Below are positions 29,235-39,565 of a stretch of 64,000 nucleotides of DNA, piece by piece. Location: assembly GCA_963835925.1 (NCBI GenBank), contig CAWIHH010000004.1, positions 208,489 to 272,488 on the forward strand, read 5' to 3'. This DNA comes from Candidatus Bathyarchaeota archaeon. GTDB taxonomy: Archaea > Thermoproteota > Bathyarchaeia > 40CM-2-53-6. A model generated the notes under the pieces. The model searched no databases, was not told the origin of the DNA, and worked only from the letters and a program-made list of their open reading frames with translations. The translations under genes were made by a program, and so were the position numbers. Numbering within the stretch: position 1 is the first letter of the stretch; every line of letters begins with the position of its first letter.

Positions 29235-29647
29235 CCTCCAGCAAAGCACGCGCCGAGCAAAGAGTGAACGCAGCCGGTTTTGCAATCTTCTTGGTGACAG
29301 GAGTACACGCAAACTGTGGTCCACTGGTTTCAGTGAACTATTTGAAGGAGCCGGGTCAAAGGTCACACGCTTTGATCCTACCGCAAGTTGGGAGATAGGG
29401 TTGGGAATTCCAACTCCAACTTATCGCAACACATGTCCTGGTCGACCTCATTTCGCTGTCAAGACTAATGACTTAACCGATCTCCAGAGGTACGTGGTCA
29501 GTCCGAAGACTGCCGGAGCGAGCCAAAAATACACGCCTTCAATTGTTCACTTAAGAGTAACAGCAGGAACGGAAACCGTAAAGGGAGCGGGTCCGATGCA
29601 AGTCACTGATATTCGTTAATGAATTTGAGTGAGGGTTGGCTGGGTGA

Positions 29648-30559
29648 ATGAGCTGGATTAAAGAGGTGTATGGACGGAGGACCGTCGCGCCGTTTGACTG
29701 GCGGAAGGTATTGCCTCGGAAGATCTACTCGGAACTTGAAAGAGTTGAATGCAGTCAGCCATGGTTCGAGGTCTACAGAATCAAACGCGATGTTTATGCC
29801 TTCTATGAGCCTGGCCAATTTGAAGAGGTCTTGTCATACCTAGTCCTCGGGAAGAAGAATGCCGCACTTATTGACACTGGATGTGGCATAGGAAACGTGA
29901 AGAGACTAACCGAGGAGCTTACAAAACTACCCGTCAAGGTCGTGAACACACATAGCCATTACGACCACGTAGCACAAGATCATCTCTTCACGGATACTGC
30001 AATGTTTGATGCTCCCAATGCGCGGCAAGCCTCCAAGGTTGGTTATAGCGTAATGGAAATGTCTCACCTGCTCGCTGAAGGAATGCTCTCGAAGCCTCTG
30101 CCAAAAGATTTCGACGCTGAGATTTACCACGTACCGCCCTTTACAGTGACCTGGTGGTTGAAGGACGGAGACATAATCGATCTGGGCGATAGAGGGCTGG
30201 AGGTCATCCACACTCCAGGTCACAGCCCCGACTCCATATGTTTGCTTGACAAAAGAGCTAGTCTACTTTGGACTGGGGACACATTCTATCCTGGCGCAAT
30301 CTACCTACACTTGCCTGGCAGTGACCTGGACGCCTTCATCAATAGTTACGCAAGAATGATCGAGCTCTCACCACAATATGAAAGGCTTGCACCAAGCCAC
30401 AACGAACCCTGGGTTGAAAAGAGCATGCTTGAGCACGTAATGCGAGCAGCCCAAGAAGTCAGAATGGAGAAGGGCAAGTACATCGAAGACACGGACGAAG
30501 ACACGAAAGTTCGAAAATACAAGTTCAACCGTTTTTCAATCGTAACGAAGGCGCCTTAG
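29648..30559 (+). CDS. MBL-fold metallo-hydrolase
   Basis: LIDTG, THSHYDH, HTPGHSPD, TGD, PSH. Confidence 0.92.
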   Translation: MSWIKEVYGRRTVAPFDWRKVLPRKIYSELERVECSQPWFEVYRIKRDVYAFYEPGQFEEVLSYLVLGKKNAALIDTGCGIGNVKRLTEELTKLPVKVVNTHSHYDHVAQDHLFTDTAMFDAPNARQASKVGYSVMEMSHLLAEGMLSKPLPKDFDAEIYHVPPFTVTWWLKDGDIIDLGDRGLEVIHTPGHSPDSICLLDKRASLLWTGDTFYPGAIYLHLPGSDLDAFINSYARMIELSPQYERLAPSHNEPWVEKSMLEHVMRAAQEVRMEKGKYIEDTDEDTKVRKYKFNRFSIVTKAP

Positions 30560-30615
30560 GTGCTGAAGCGTTGGAGGAGAGATTGATACGCTTGATCTTT
30601 CGTCCTTTGTTATGA

Positions 30616-30771
30616 ATGCGAACTAAGTTGGAAACAGTAAGTGTGTGCGAGCACGGTCGAGTGAATGAGATCGGTAAAGATTTCGATAACGACGGTAGAC
30701 TTCTAAGACTAATAAGATGCCAGCGATGCGGCCTTCTAATGCGTGAATATCTCCCGATGGCCCACGATTAA
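30616..30771 (+). CDS. 51-aa putative zinc-ribbon microprotein (not in the ORF track)
   Basis: Hand translation: MRTKLETVSVCEHGRVNEIGKDFDNDGRLLRLIRCQRCGLLMREYLPMAHD*; CxH plus CxxC. Confidence 0.6.
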   Translation: MRTKLETVSVCEHGRVNEIGKDFDNDGRLLRLIRCQRCGLLMREYLPMAHD

Positions 30772-31035
30772 CATAATCAAGCAGACCGTCGAATAGAAAG
30801 ATACGCTATTCATTGGAAATAGAACTCGAAGAATTAGGATTCAAGTTCAAACCATTGGACCTCACGTTGTCCGTTGAGATAATTTTTCTTCGCAGAATCG
30901 AGGTGAGATGCTAAAGCGTCCTACGCCGTAACAGGGATACGGTTAAATCTATTCAAACATCACGGCTAATTCCAAGGCGATTTGCAGACTGTGTCTGTAG
31001 GAGCTATCATCGGATCGTTTGTTGGTGAATGAATA

Positions 31036-31928
31036 TTGAATATTCAAAAAGCATTATTCGTTGTTGTGATGATTCTCTCCTCAGCCTCATTGGTGAATTC
31101 AGCGTTCGCCCAGTCAGCACAAGTTTCGTATACGGTCAACCTGAACGTTTTCACCCTGCAGGTGACGTACCCGTCCCAAGTCAAACCAGGGGACACAATC
31201 TCGGTGAACGTTCAAGCTAGTCCAAAGACGAGCATCGCTTATCTCCAGAATTTGACCGCCACAATCTATTACGCTGACACGAGTGGTCTTCACACTATCG
31301 CTACTCAGAACCTGTACAGCAATAATGCGTATTATTACGGGAATTACGCGACTCCAAGTTTCACTAAGAGTTTCACGGTGAACGTGCCCTCGAGTGCACC
31401 TAGAACATCGTTGGTCGCCCTATTCACAGAAACAGCACAGTCCAACTACTTCTACACATTCTATAACTATGGGTCGTACTATTACGGCGGGTATTACCCG
31501 GCATACCCGTTCCAGGTTTACCCTTCCTATAACTCGGGCACCGCAACGGATAATGCAATTGCACCGCTATCATACGTCCAAGCAAGCACGCCTGAATACG
31601 TGGCTCTCCAGTCCACGTACCAAATGCTCCAGCAGCAGCTTAACCAGACACAAGCGCAACTGCGACAAGGACAAGCACAGAACCAACAGCTGCAAAATAC
31701 GGTCGCTCAACAGAGCGCGACGCTCAACCAACTAAACCAGCAACTCGCCACCGCGAGCGGCATGACACAGACCTATCAGTTGCTCGCTCTAGCCCTAGGC
31801 ATACTAGCAGCGGTCTTGCGGTCTTCGGCGTCTATGAATGGAAAGTCAAGGCCAAGACCGCGAACACTTCCGGAACTTATTCCAAGCAAGCTCAAACCGA
31901 AGAAACTCTCCATCCCACCGACTCCTAA
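31036..31928 (+). CDS. Secreted, membrane-anchored protein with Tyr-rich loop and Gln-rich coiled coil (frameshift ~31815)
   Basis: Signal peptide; Q-rich heptads; C-terminal TM LALALGILAAVL continues as AVFGVYEWKVK in a shifted frame. Confidence 0.7.
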
Positions 31929-32378
31929 CTCCGCATTTTGCTGTGCGTTAAATATCAATCGTGAAGACACTTACCGTCCGTTGACGTATAAACCAAATTC
32001 AATCTTAAGGCTGAATCTCCTACTTGGGACCGATGCGCTGTCCAAGATGTGGCTCCTCGCCATTCTTCGAAGAGATAAGACAAATCAAGCAAACTCACGG
32101 CTCCGCTAAAACTAGGATCGACTGCATTCGGAGAGGTTGGTCATTAAGAAGCGATATGCATGATGGGTAAATTCTCTGAAGAACAAAAGGCGTTCATTTC
32201 TAGCGAAGATGTTTTGTGATTCTAGACGTCAAGGGCGGGCCTCTCTAACCCTGTCTTCTTGACCGGAGGTCTAAGGACTAACGTAAGTCGACGAAGATTA
32301 TGGTTTGCGGCTAGCCGAGGCGGCGATGTTCCGATTGAAGCGAAATCTTTAACCACTAACACGCGAGGGAAGTCGACT

Positions 32379-32939
32379 ATGCTGTCTCAAGTAAGGGAAT
32401 CCCTATCACCTACCCGGACTGCTCTCATAGTGTGGGATGTGCAGGAGGCATTGGTCGCCTCAATATTTAACAGAGAAGATTTCTTGAAAAAAACCTCTGA
32501 GCTAGTAGATGTGGCAAGGAAGAAGGGTATCAGCATCTTCTACACTAAGATAACCCCGCTCCCGGAAAAGTTCGAATCAAAGGCCCGCTTGGCCATGTGG
32601 AAAGGAAGGAAGTTTCAACCAGGCGACATAGTCAAGGAGATTTATCCAAGCGAGGGTGACGTGGTGTTGAACAAGAATACGGCCAGTATATTCGTGGGAA
32701 CGAACTTCGAATACATGGCAAGGAACGCGTCATTATCTTCGCTCGTCTTTACAGGCATAGCGACGGAGATGGGTGTGGAGAGTTCCGCACGACATGCCCA
32801 GAACCTTGGCTTCCTTTCTATAATCGCGAAAGAAGCCGTCTCTTCTAGCGATAAGGATGCTCACTTAAGGTCATTAGCTAACATGGGAAAGCTGATGCCC
32901 GTTCTGAGTAACGAGGAGATACTGAGCGCCTGGAGTTAG
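32379..32939 (+). CDS. Isochorismatase/cysteine hydrolase family protein
   Basis: [32 protein letters not shown]. Confidence 0.9.
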   Translation: MLSQVRESLSPTRTALIVWDVQEALVASIFNREDFLKKTSELVDVARKKGISIFYTKITPLPEKFESKARLAMWKGRKFQPGDIVKEIYPSEGDVVLNKNTASIFVGTNFEYMARNASLSSLVFTGIATEMGVESSARHAQNLGFLSIIAKEAVSSSDKDAHLRSLANMGKLMPVLSNEEILSAWS

Positions 32940-33178
32940 GATTTTCATTATTGCCATCTCGGATTCAATGATACTAGGAAGAACTTTTTCACGTGTTGCC
33001 TTGCGAATAACTCAAGTATTCACACGTCGGAGGCCCGTGGACCGGAAGCCCATCTCTATCACGCAACGTTCCAAACGTGCCATCAAATTCAGGGAGTCTG
33101 CGACACGATCGCGAAGCTGAAGGCAGATCCATGAGATCGGATAGTAGTCAAAGTTCATCAATTTAGGGAATCACCATC

Positions 33179-33970
33179 TCAAATTGATCTTTGCACTTCG
33201 CGGGTGAAGATGTAGGCTGAAGCGAGCACGGCTGCGATGGCAAACCCGAGGACTATCAGAACATCCAATTCTAATCCGAGTCCGCTGGCTACTCTGAAGG
33301 ATGGGGTCACGAAGAACCTGATGGCGTCTATGGCGTAGGTTAGAGGATTGTATCTCGCAGCTGAAGCAAGCCAACTTGGCATCAGAGTAAGAGGGAAGAG
33401 CGCGCTGCTCAGGAACAGTAGGGGCATCCCCATGAAATTAATGATGCCCCAGAAAGTTTCTGTGGTGGTGGCTCTCGTGCCGATGATTACTGAGATTGCA
33501 GCGAATCCGCAGCCTAGAATCATTGCTACAACTAGTATGCCGACGACCCCAAGGATACCGGTGCCGATTTGAACACCTAAAAGAAGCGCGATGCCCAAGA
33601 TGCAAAACGCTTGAATCCCAGCAATAACTGAGACCGCTAGTACTTTACCTAGTGCTATCGCGTACCTGCTGATAGGCGTCGCGAGAATTTTTTGGAAATA
33701 TCCGAAACGACGGTCCCACAAGGTCGTCATTCCGCCAAAGATGCCTGTGAAAAGAACAACCATTGCTATCGTCCCTGGAGCCATATAGTCCAAGTAACCC
33801 CTCGGAAAACCGACCGACTGCAGTAGAGGTCTCGTACTGGAGAACATGTTCCCAACAAGACCTAACCAGACCACAGGCTGAAGTAAGCGCGAAATCATGC
33901 CAACTCTTGAGCGAAGGTAACGCCTCAACTCGCGCCAAGCTACCCAATAGGTTTCATCGAAGAAATTCAA
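33179..33970 (-). CDS. ABC-2 type exporter permease (DrrB-like)
   Basis: YLDYMAPG, DRRFG, PISR, FLSSALFP, NPLTYAIDA; 6 TM segments. Confidence 0.92.
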   Translation of the reverse strand: MNFFDETYWVAWRELRRYLRSRVGMISRLLQPVVWLGLVGNMFSSTRPLLQSVGFPRGYLDYMAPGTIAMVVLFTGIFGGMTTLWDRRFGYFQKILATPISRYAIALGKVLAVSVIAGIQAFCILGIALLLGVQIGTGILGVVGILVVAMILGCGFAAISVIIGTRATTTETFWGIINFMGMPLLFLSSALFPLTLMPSWLASAARYNPLTYAIDAIRFFVTPSFRVASGLGLELDVLIVLGFAIAAVLASAYIFTREVQRSI

Positions 33971-35022
33971 GCTCGCGCCCTCCGGAAACGCTCCACTGTC
34001 TGTCTACCAGTCCACGCGTTGCCCTCCTCATCACGCAGAGTTCGTCCAGTGTAGGTAAGAAAGACATCGTCCAGCGATGGTTGCTTTGCGGAAATAGCTT
34101 CAATCTTCAAACCGACTTGATTAGCGGCGTTGAAAAGCTGTGGAATCGTCTGCTCAGCCGAAGCAGCGGTTATTACGATGCTCCCGTTTTCCTGCTGGAT
34201 TTTTCTCACAGTTGAGAACGCGCTTATGCGCTCTATGAATTTGCTGGTCACATCGGACGTAACAGAGCTTGGTTTGACTCGGATAACATCTCCGCCTAGT
34301 GACGCCCTCAGATCGCCCGGGCTATCGCTGACTACAATCTTACCGTGGTCTATGATAGCCACCGTGTCACACAAGGAATCAGCTTCCTCCATGTAATGCG
34401 TCGTGAGAAAAATTGTCATACCAAATTCACTGCGAAGGCGACGGATGTACGCCCATATATTGCTCCGAGTCTGCAGGTCTAAGCCGATGGTGGGTTCGTC
34501 CAGAAAGAGGACTTGCGGGCGATGTAGGAGTGCTCCAGAAATATCGAGACGTTTTCGCATGCCACCGGAATAGTGAGAGACTTGCTCATTGGCTCGATCA
34601 GTTAGATCCACCATCTTGAGTGCTTCATCAACGCGCTCTTGGAGTTGGTTGCTACTGAGATGATACAAGTGCCCCTGTACAATCAAATTCTCGCGCCCCG
34701 TCAAATACTCATCTACGGCAACATCCTGGGACGCGTACCCAATCACACTACGAACCTTGCCTGGCTCATGAAGAACATCATGACCCCCAATAACGGCGGA
34801 GCCACTCGTGGGTTTGAGTAACGTGATCAGCATAAGAATAGTTGTGGTCTTCCCCGCTCCGTTCGGACCGAGAAAGCCGAAGATGGAACTTGTATTCACT
34901 TCGAAACTAACGCTATCCACAGCCGTGAACGAACCGAACCGCTTGGTTAACCCGTCAGCAACGATTACCCGATTCATGGTCATATGAGTCACCGATGGTG
35001 CCGGCAAATCAATAGGGGCCAT
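33967..35022 (-). CDS. ABC exporter ATP-binding protein (DrrA-like)
   Basis: GPNGAGKTT, YSGGMRKRL, LDEPT, TTHYMEEA, PSLDDVFL. Confidence 0.95.
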   Translation of the reverse strand: MAPIDLPAPSVTHMTMNRVIVADGLTKRFGSFTAVDSVSFEVNTSSIFGFLGPNGAGKTTTILMLITLLKPTSGSAVIGGHDVLHEPGKVRSVIGYASQDVAVDEYLTGRENLIVQGHLYHLSSNQLQERVDEALKMVDLTDRANEQVSHYSGGMRKRLDISGALLHRPQVLFLDEPTIGLDLQTRSNIWAYIRRLRSEFGMTIFLTTHYMEEADSLCDTVAIIDHGKIVVSDSPGDLRASLGGDVIRVKPSSVTSDVTSKFIERISAFSTVRKIQQENGSIVITAASAEQTIPQLFNAANQVGLKIEAISAKQPSLDDVFLTYTGRTLRDEEGNAWTGRQTVERFRRARA

Positions 35023-35173
35023 TAATGAACCGCACTCTTTCCATAGTCATTCAAACTTCAACCGCCACAGATGTAACGTCTCCCCGGAAGTATTCAGGCG
35101 AGGACTACGAAGCTGAGAAAATGCAATAACAAATGTCAAAGGATAAATCTGGAATAAGTAAGACCCGTTAGCT

Positions 35174-35614
35174 ATGCACTACGACGGCTCGTTCGAGGTT
35201 TCGTCACCTAAGGATATGGTCTACGCCTTCGTGACAGACCCAGCAAAGATTGCGACGATACTCCCTGACGTTCAGGACGTTAACATAATTGATGCTGATG
35301 ATTTTTCTCTGAAGGCGAAGCTGGGAATTTCGTTCATCCAAGGCCTCATGGATGTCAAATGCACTATTACCGAGAAAACACCGTCCACATTCCTGAAACT
35401 GAAGGCTAGGGCGAACGGGCTCAGTAGCGTCGTTGAACTTGAAAGCAGCTTCTCTTTGGAGGATACGCAGGGCGGCGGAACACTAGTAAAGTGGGGTGCT
35501 GACGCGAAGATCGCAGGTTTGATGGTCAGGGTTGGCTCTAGACTAATAGACTCCGCCACCGAGAAGTACGTGACACAGATGATTAATTCCCTGAAGCAAA
35601 AACTCTCTCAGTGA
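35174..35614 (+). CDS. coxG: CoxG (SRPBCC) accessory protein
   Basis: VYAFVTDPAKIATILP...GLMVRVGSRLID; convergent with coxL. Confidence 0.8.
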   Translation: MHYDGSFEVSSPKDMVYAFVTDPAKIATILPDVQDVNIIDADDFSLKAKLGISFIQGLMDVKCTITEKTPSTFLKLKARANGLSSVVELESSFSLEDTQGGGTLVKWGADAKIAGLMVRVGSRLIDSATEKYVTQMINSLKQKLSQ

Positions 35615-35623
35615 AACCTGTTT

Positions 35624-38146
35624 TCAAGCGCGGCCTGATTCTGGGTGTTTGATTGCAAGCGCAGCAAATATGGAATCAGGCGTCGCTGGCGCTACGTTTA
35701 CTCGTGCGCCGGGCCTGACGTGAGAGAGCGCATCGTTGATGGCATTCATCACCGCTGCGTAGCCTGCATTTGTACCGCTCTCTCCTACTCCCTTCGCGCC
35801 ATTGAGTGTTACGGTTGATGGAGTCACTCTATGGAAGATCTCGACGTGCGGGCTGTCCAGTGCTGTGGGCATACTGTAGTCCATCAGAGTACTTGTCAGC
35901 AGATTTCCTTGATCATCGTATGCGAGCTTCTCGAACAAGGAACCTCCGACGGCGTGGACCACCGCACCGTGCAATTGCCCTTCGACTATCGTTTTGTTTA
36001 TCATCCTCCCGCAATCTTCGACCACCACATATCTAACGATTTTGACCTTTCCCAGTTCGGCGTCCAGCGTTAGGGCACAAATGTGCACCGCGCTCGAGTA
36101 ACTCATCGCACTCAATCTGAATATGGATTCGGCGGAGATTTCACTCTGCCCTAGTCTTTCTAGAACCTCTGCGAGAGTCGACACCATTGAGCTTGGTTGT
36201 GAGGTGTTGATGAGTGTTCCGTCACGGATAGCTAGCGCTTTGGCCTCTGTACCCGTGACCTCTGTTGCTCTGGCAAAGAGCTGCGCCTTGAGCTTACGAG
36301 AAGCATCCACAACAGCACTTCCTCCTGTGGCAGCGGATCTACTGCCGAACGTACCTATTCCGCAGGGGACCAGGACTGAATCCCCCCAAACTACAGACAC
36401 CTTGTCAAGTGGAATTCCCAGTTCATCTGAAGCGAGCTGAGCAAACGTGGTCTCTTCTCCTTGGCCGTGTGGTGAAGAACCAGTGTAGACTGTCACCTTC
36501 CCGTTCCTGTCTAACGTAACTCTCGCGTATTCAGACATGAAATCAAGTTCGGCGTGGCTCCCTTCAGTTCCAGATTCAGCCTCAGAAGACCGTTCATTAT
36601 TCTCGCTTCCACGCTGAGACCCCTGCCACTCCGCGCTCGGGCTGCTCGGCGTTTCGCCCTGCGCCCACTGCTCGGCTCCCCCTTGTGAAGACCACTGGTT
36701 TTGCCCACTACTCGACTCCTCATCCTCCGAGGCCCCTACATATTCGCCACCGCCAAATCCGCCCTCTCCTCGAATCGAGACGCCCAATCCGGCAACGAAA
36801 TTCGAGTGCATAGACCCTTGCTGATCGAATTTGGCGTTGACTTCATTCTGCCATTTCAGGAGTTCTGCGTAGCGGGAGTGTTTGATGAGGTCATCGATCA
36901 GTAGAATGTAGTCTACTTCTCCCGAAGGCTTGCTGGTGCCCGGAGGCTTGGCTGCCGTTAGGTTGCGCCGCCTCAGTTCTAAGTGGTCGATTCCGATCTT
37001 CTCCGCCATGATGCTCATCGCGCGCTCTATGAAGTAGCATCCCTCGGGCGCTCCTGCTCCTCTGACTGGCCCCAGTGGCATCTTGTTGGTCGCGTATACG
37101 GCTAAACGAAAATCGACGTTTGGAATCTTATATGGACCAAGAATCGCCCACATCGACAACTGCGACATGTGGTTCTGTGTTCCCGTAACCCCCACATCAC
37201 ACTCTATATTTGCTTTGACTGCAACTATCTTTCCGTCCTTGTCACAGGCGAGTGTGATGTCGCAATACTCGTCCCTTCCAGACGCGGCTTCGAGTAACTC
37301 CTCAGTTCTGGTCGCCGTCCATTTTACGGGCAACCCAGTGAGTCGGGAGAATAGACATGCGAGTACAGGTTCAGGATAGGATTGGGATTTGCTTCCAAAT
37401 CCGCCTCCCATATCCATTACTCTTACGTGGAACTTCTCTTCGGGGATTTGAAGTTCCGAGGCGAGCTGCTCCCGTAGACCATGCACCGATTGGACCGTCG
37501 CGTAGACCTCGTAGACATCTTCTTCCCTCTTGTACCTGACAAGCGTAGAACGCGTTTCAATCGGTGCGCTCTCCTGTCTTTCGATCCCTTCCCTCGCCCT
37601 GATAACGTGGGGAGCCCTCGCGATGGCCTTGTCTGCATTCCCCCATTTCGCGTCGCTGCTCTGGGAGATATTATCGCTCCAATCCTCGTAGAGGCGCGTA
37701 TTTCCCTTCTTTGACTCATCTATCGTTGTCACAACAGGAAGTGGGTCGTAGTCGACCTCGACCTGCTCGATCAAATCTTCTAATGAGTTCTTGCGCCTCA
37801 CCAGAATCCCCACCACCGGCTCTCCGGTGAACCTCACTTTTCCTACTGCTAGGTGATACCGCTTGGCCGGTTTCTGCGGAGGCCATTGATTCTGTGAAAT
37901 CGTTGTCACACCGGACTTGATCAAGTCCTCTCCAGTGAGCGCGGCGATAAAGTCTGGTGAAGAACGTATCTTTGACAAGTCGATGCCCTTGATTGTTGCG
38001 TGGGCGAAGGGGCTTCGTACGAACCCCATGTAGGCTTGGCCCTTCAGCTTGAGGTCATCCACGAACCTTCCCCTGCCCGTTAAGAGTCGTGGATCCTCCA
38101 CTCTGCCCTTGGGCTCGCTTGTGCTCAGTTCCGAAATAAGGCTCAT
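35624..38146 (-). CDS. coxL: Xanthine dehydrogenase family Mo-binding large subunit (CoxL-like, not form I CODH)
   Basis: RVEDPRLLTG, MGGGFGSK, PVRGAG, HGQG, TFGSRS, GQLHG, KGVGE; ~70-aa acidic insertion. Confidence 0.92.
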   Translation of the reverse strand: MSLISELSTSEPKGRVEDPRLLTGRGRFVDDLKLKGQAYMGFVRSPFAHATIKGIDLSKIRSSPDFIAALTGEDLIKSGVTTISQNQWPPQKPAKRYHLAVGKVRFTGEPVVGILVRRKNSLEDLIEQVEVDYDPLPVVTTIDESKKGNTRLYEDWSDNISQSSDAKWGNADKAIARAPHVIRAREGIERQESAPIETRSTLVRYKREEDVYEVYATVQSVHGLREQLASELQIPEEKFHVRVMDMGGGFGSKSQSYPEPVLACLFSRLTGLPVKWTATRTEELLEAASGRDEYCDITLACDKDGKIVAVKANIECDVGVTGTQNHMSQLSMWAILGPYKIPNVDFRLAVYATNKMPLGPVRGAGAPEGCYFIERAMSIMAEKIGIDHLELRRRNLTAAKPPGTSKPSGEVDYILLIDDLIKHSRYAELLKWQNEVNAKFDQQGSMHSNFVAGLGVSIRGEGGFGGGEYVGASEDEESSSGQNQWSSQGGAEQWAQGETPSSPSAEWQGSQRGSENNERSSEAESGTEGSHAELDFMSEYARVTLDRNGKVTVYTGSSPHGQGEETTFAQLASDELGIPLDKVSVVWGDSVLVPCGIGTFGSRSAATGGSAVVDASRKLKAQLFARATEVTGTEAKALAIRDGTLINTSQPSSMVSTLAEVLERLGQSEISAESIFRLSAMSYSSAVHICALTLDAELGKVKIVRYVVVEDCGRMINKTIVEGQLHGAVVHAVGGSLFEKLAYDDQGNLLTSTLMDYSMPTALDSPHVEIFHRVTPSTVTLNGAKGVGESGTNAGYAAVMNAINDALSHVRPGARVNVAPATPDSIFAALAIKHPESGRA

Positions 38147-38153
38147 TTCAGGG

Positions 38154-38684
38154 CTAAGCCTCCTTCCTCTCTTCCGACATTAGTCTGGCAGCGGCTTGTA
38201 TGGATTTGACCACGTTGATGTAGCCAGTGCACCTGCAAAGGTTGCCCTCGATCCCTCGCCGGATCTCCTCCTCAGTAGGGTGGGGATTCCTTTGAAGCAG
38301 AAAGAGGCTTGACATTAAGATGCCTGGAGTGCAGAACCCGCACTGCAGGCCGTGGTTCTGCATGAATGCTTCCTGGATCGGATGAAGCCTCTTCTCATCT
38401 TCAGCCAGCCCCTCGACTGTCAGTATCTCGGCGTCTTGGGCTTGAATAGCGAGGACCATGCAGGATTTCACGGTTTTGCCGTTCATGATGATTGTGCAGG
38501 CTCCGCAGTGTCCAGTGTCGCAGCCGACGTGGGTCCCTGTCAGGTTCAAGTCATCTCTGAGGAAGTCTACAAGGAGAGTCCTCGGCTCAACCTCTCCGAT
38601 GCACTCCTTGTGATTCACCCTCATCGACACCTTGGTTCGTTCGTCGGCCTTCGCGATTTGCAGTTTCTCTGCCAATGTGCTCAC
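38154..38684 (-). CDS. coxS: 2x[2Fe-2S] small subunit
   Basis: [27 protein letters not shown]. Confidence 0.95.
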   Translation of the reverse strand: MSTLAEKLQIAKADERTKVSMRVNHKECIGEVEPRTLLVDFLRDDLNLTGTHVGCDTGHCGACTIIMNGKTVKSCMVLAIQAQDAEILTVEGLAEDEKRLHPIQEAFMQNHGLQCGFCTPGILMSSLFLLQRNPHPTEEEIRRGIEGNLCRCTGYINVVKSIQAAARLMSEERKEA

Positions 38685-39556
38685 ATCCCGCTCATTCCGG
38701 CTCTGCTCAGGGCAAGCCTGAGCGACCTATTCGTAAGCACTTTGATCATCTCCAACCTGTATTGCTTGCTGCCATGCACATCTGATGGGGGATTTAGCCC
38801 CTCGATCGATCTCTCAGCAGCCTCCGCGATTGTCGCCTCGTTGAGAATTTTGTGCTTGAGGTACTGTTCTGCGGAGGTAGCCCTCAGTGGCGTTGGCCCT
38901 GCAGCCCCGATACCGATGCTCACGTCTCTGCACGAATTCCCATCATCCAACGAGACCGCAACCCCGACCATCGCGATGGCGAAGTCGGATTCTCTTAGAC
39001 TATGCTTCAAGTAGGCGGAGGCCGATTTCTGTGGAAGATAGGGGAGGCGCACCTCCGTTAGTATCTCATCGTGGCCGACCGCAGTGGCGAAGAGATCCAC
39101 GAAAAAGCCCCGTGCAGGCACTACGCTCTTACCATTCCTTCCTTCTATAACAAACTGCGCGTCTGCGACGAGCAGAGCTGTGGGGATGTCGGCAGCTGGG
39201 TCGGCGTGACACGCGCTTCCGCCTATGGTGCCTAGATTTCTGATTTGTTGGTCTCCAATCTTGATAGTGGCTTCGTTCAGAATCGTAAATTTTTCTCTGA
39301 TTGTTGGATTATGCTCGATGGTGTCGTGGGTCGTAAGGGCCCCAATCGCCAAGTGATCCCCGTCTTCGCGTACGTAGGAAAGATCTGGGAGCTTGGAGAT
39401 GTCTACTAGAGCGGTAGGTGCGGCTAGCCTGAGCTTCATTAGGCCTAAGAGGCTTTGCCCCCCAGCAAGCACCTTAGCCTCCTCGATTTCACTCAAGAGT
39501 TGGATTGCCTGATTGAGAGATGTGGGTGCGTAATAGTCAAACTTCTTAGGAATCAT
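38681..39556 (-). CDS. coxM: FAD-binding medium subunit
   Basis: [21 protein letters not shown]. Confidence 0.95.
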   Translation of the reverse strand: MIPKKFDYYAPTSLNQAIQLLSEIEEAKVLAGGQSLLGLMKLRLAAPTALVDISKLPDLSYVREDGDHLAIGALTTHDTIEHNPTIREKFTILNEATIKIGDQQIRNLGTIGGSACHADPAADIPTALLVADAQFVIEGRNGKSVVPARGFFVDLFATAVGHDEILTEVRLPYLPQKSASAYLKHSLRESDFAIAMVGVAVSLDDGNSCRDVSIGIGAAGPTPLRATSAEQYLKHKILNEATIAEAAERSIEGLNPPSDVHGSKQYRLEMIKVLTNRSLRLALSRAGMSGM

Positions 39557-39565
39557 GTGAAAGCC

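Noticed and set aside
35624-38146. Form I aerobic CO dehydrogenase, or an intein in coxL
   Set aside because: Lacks AYxCSFR; the insertion has no intein terminal motifs
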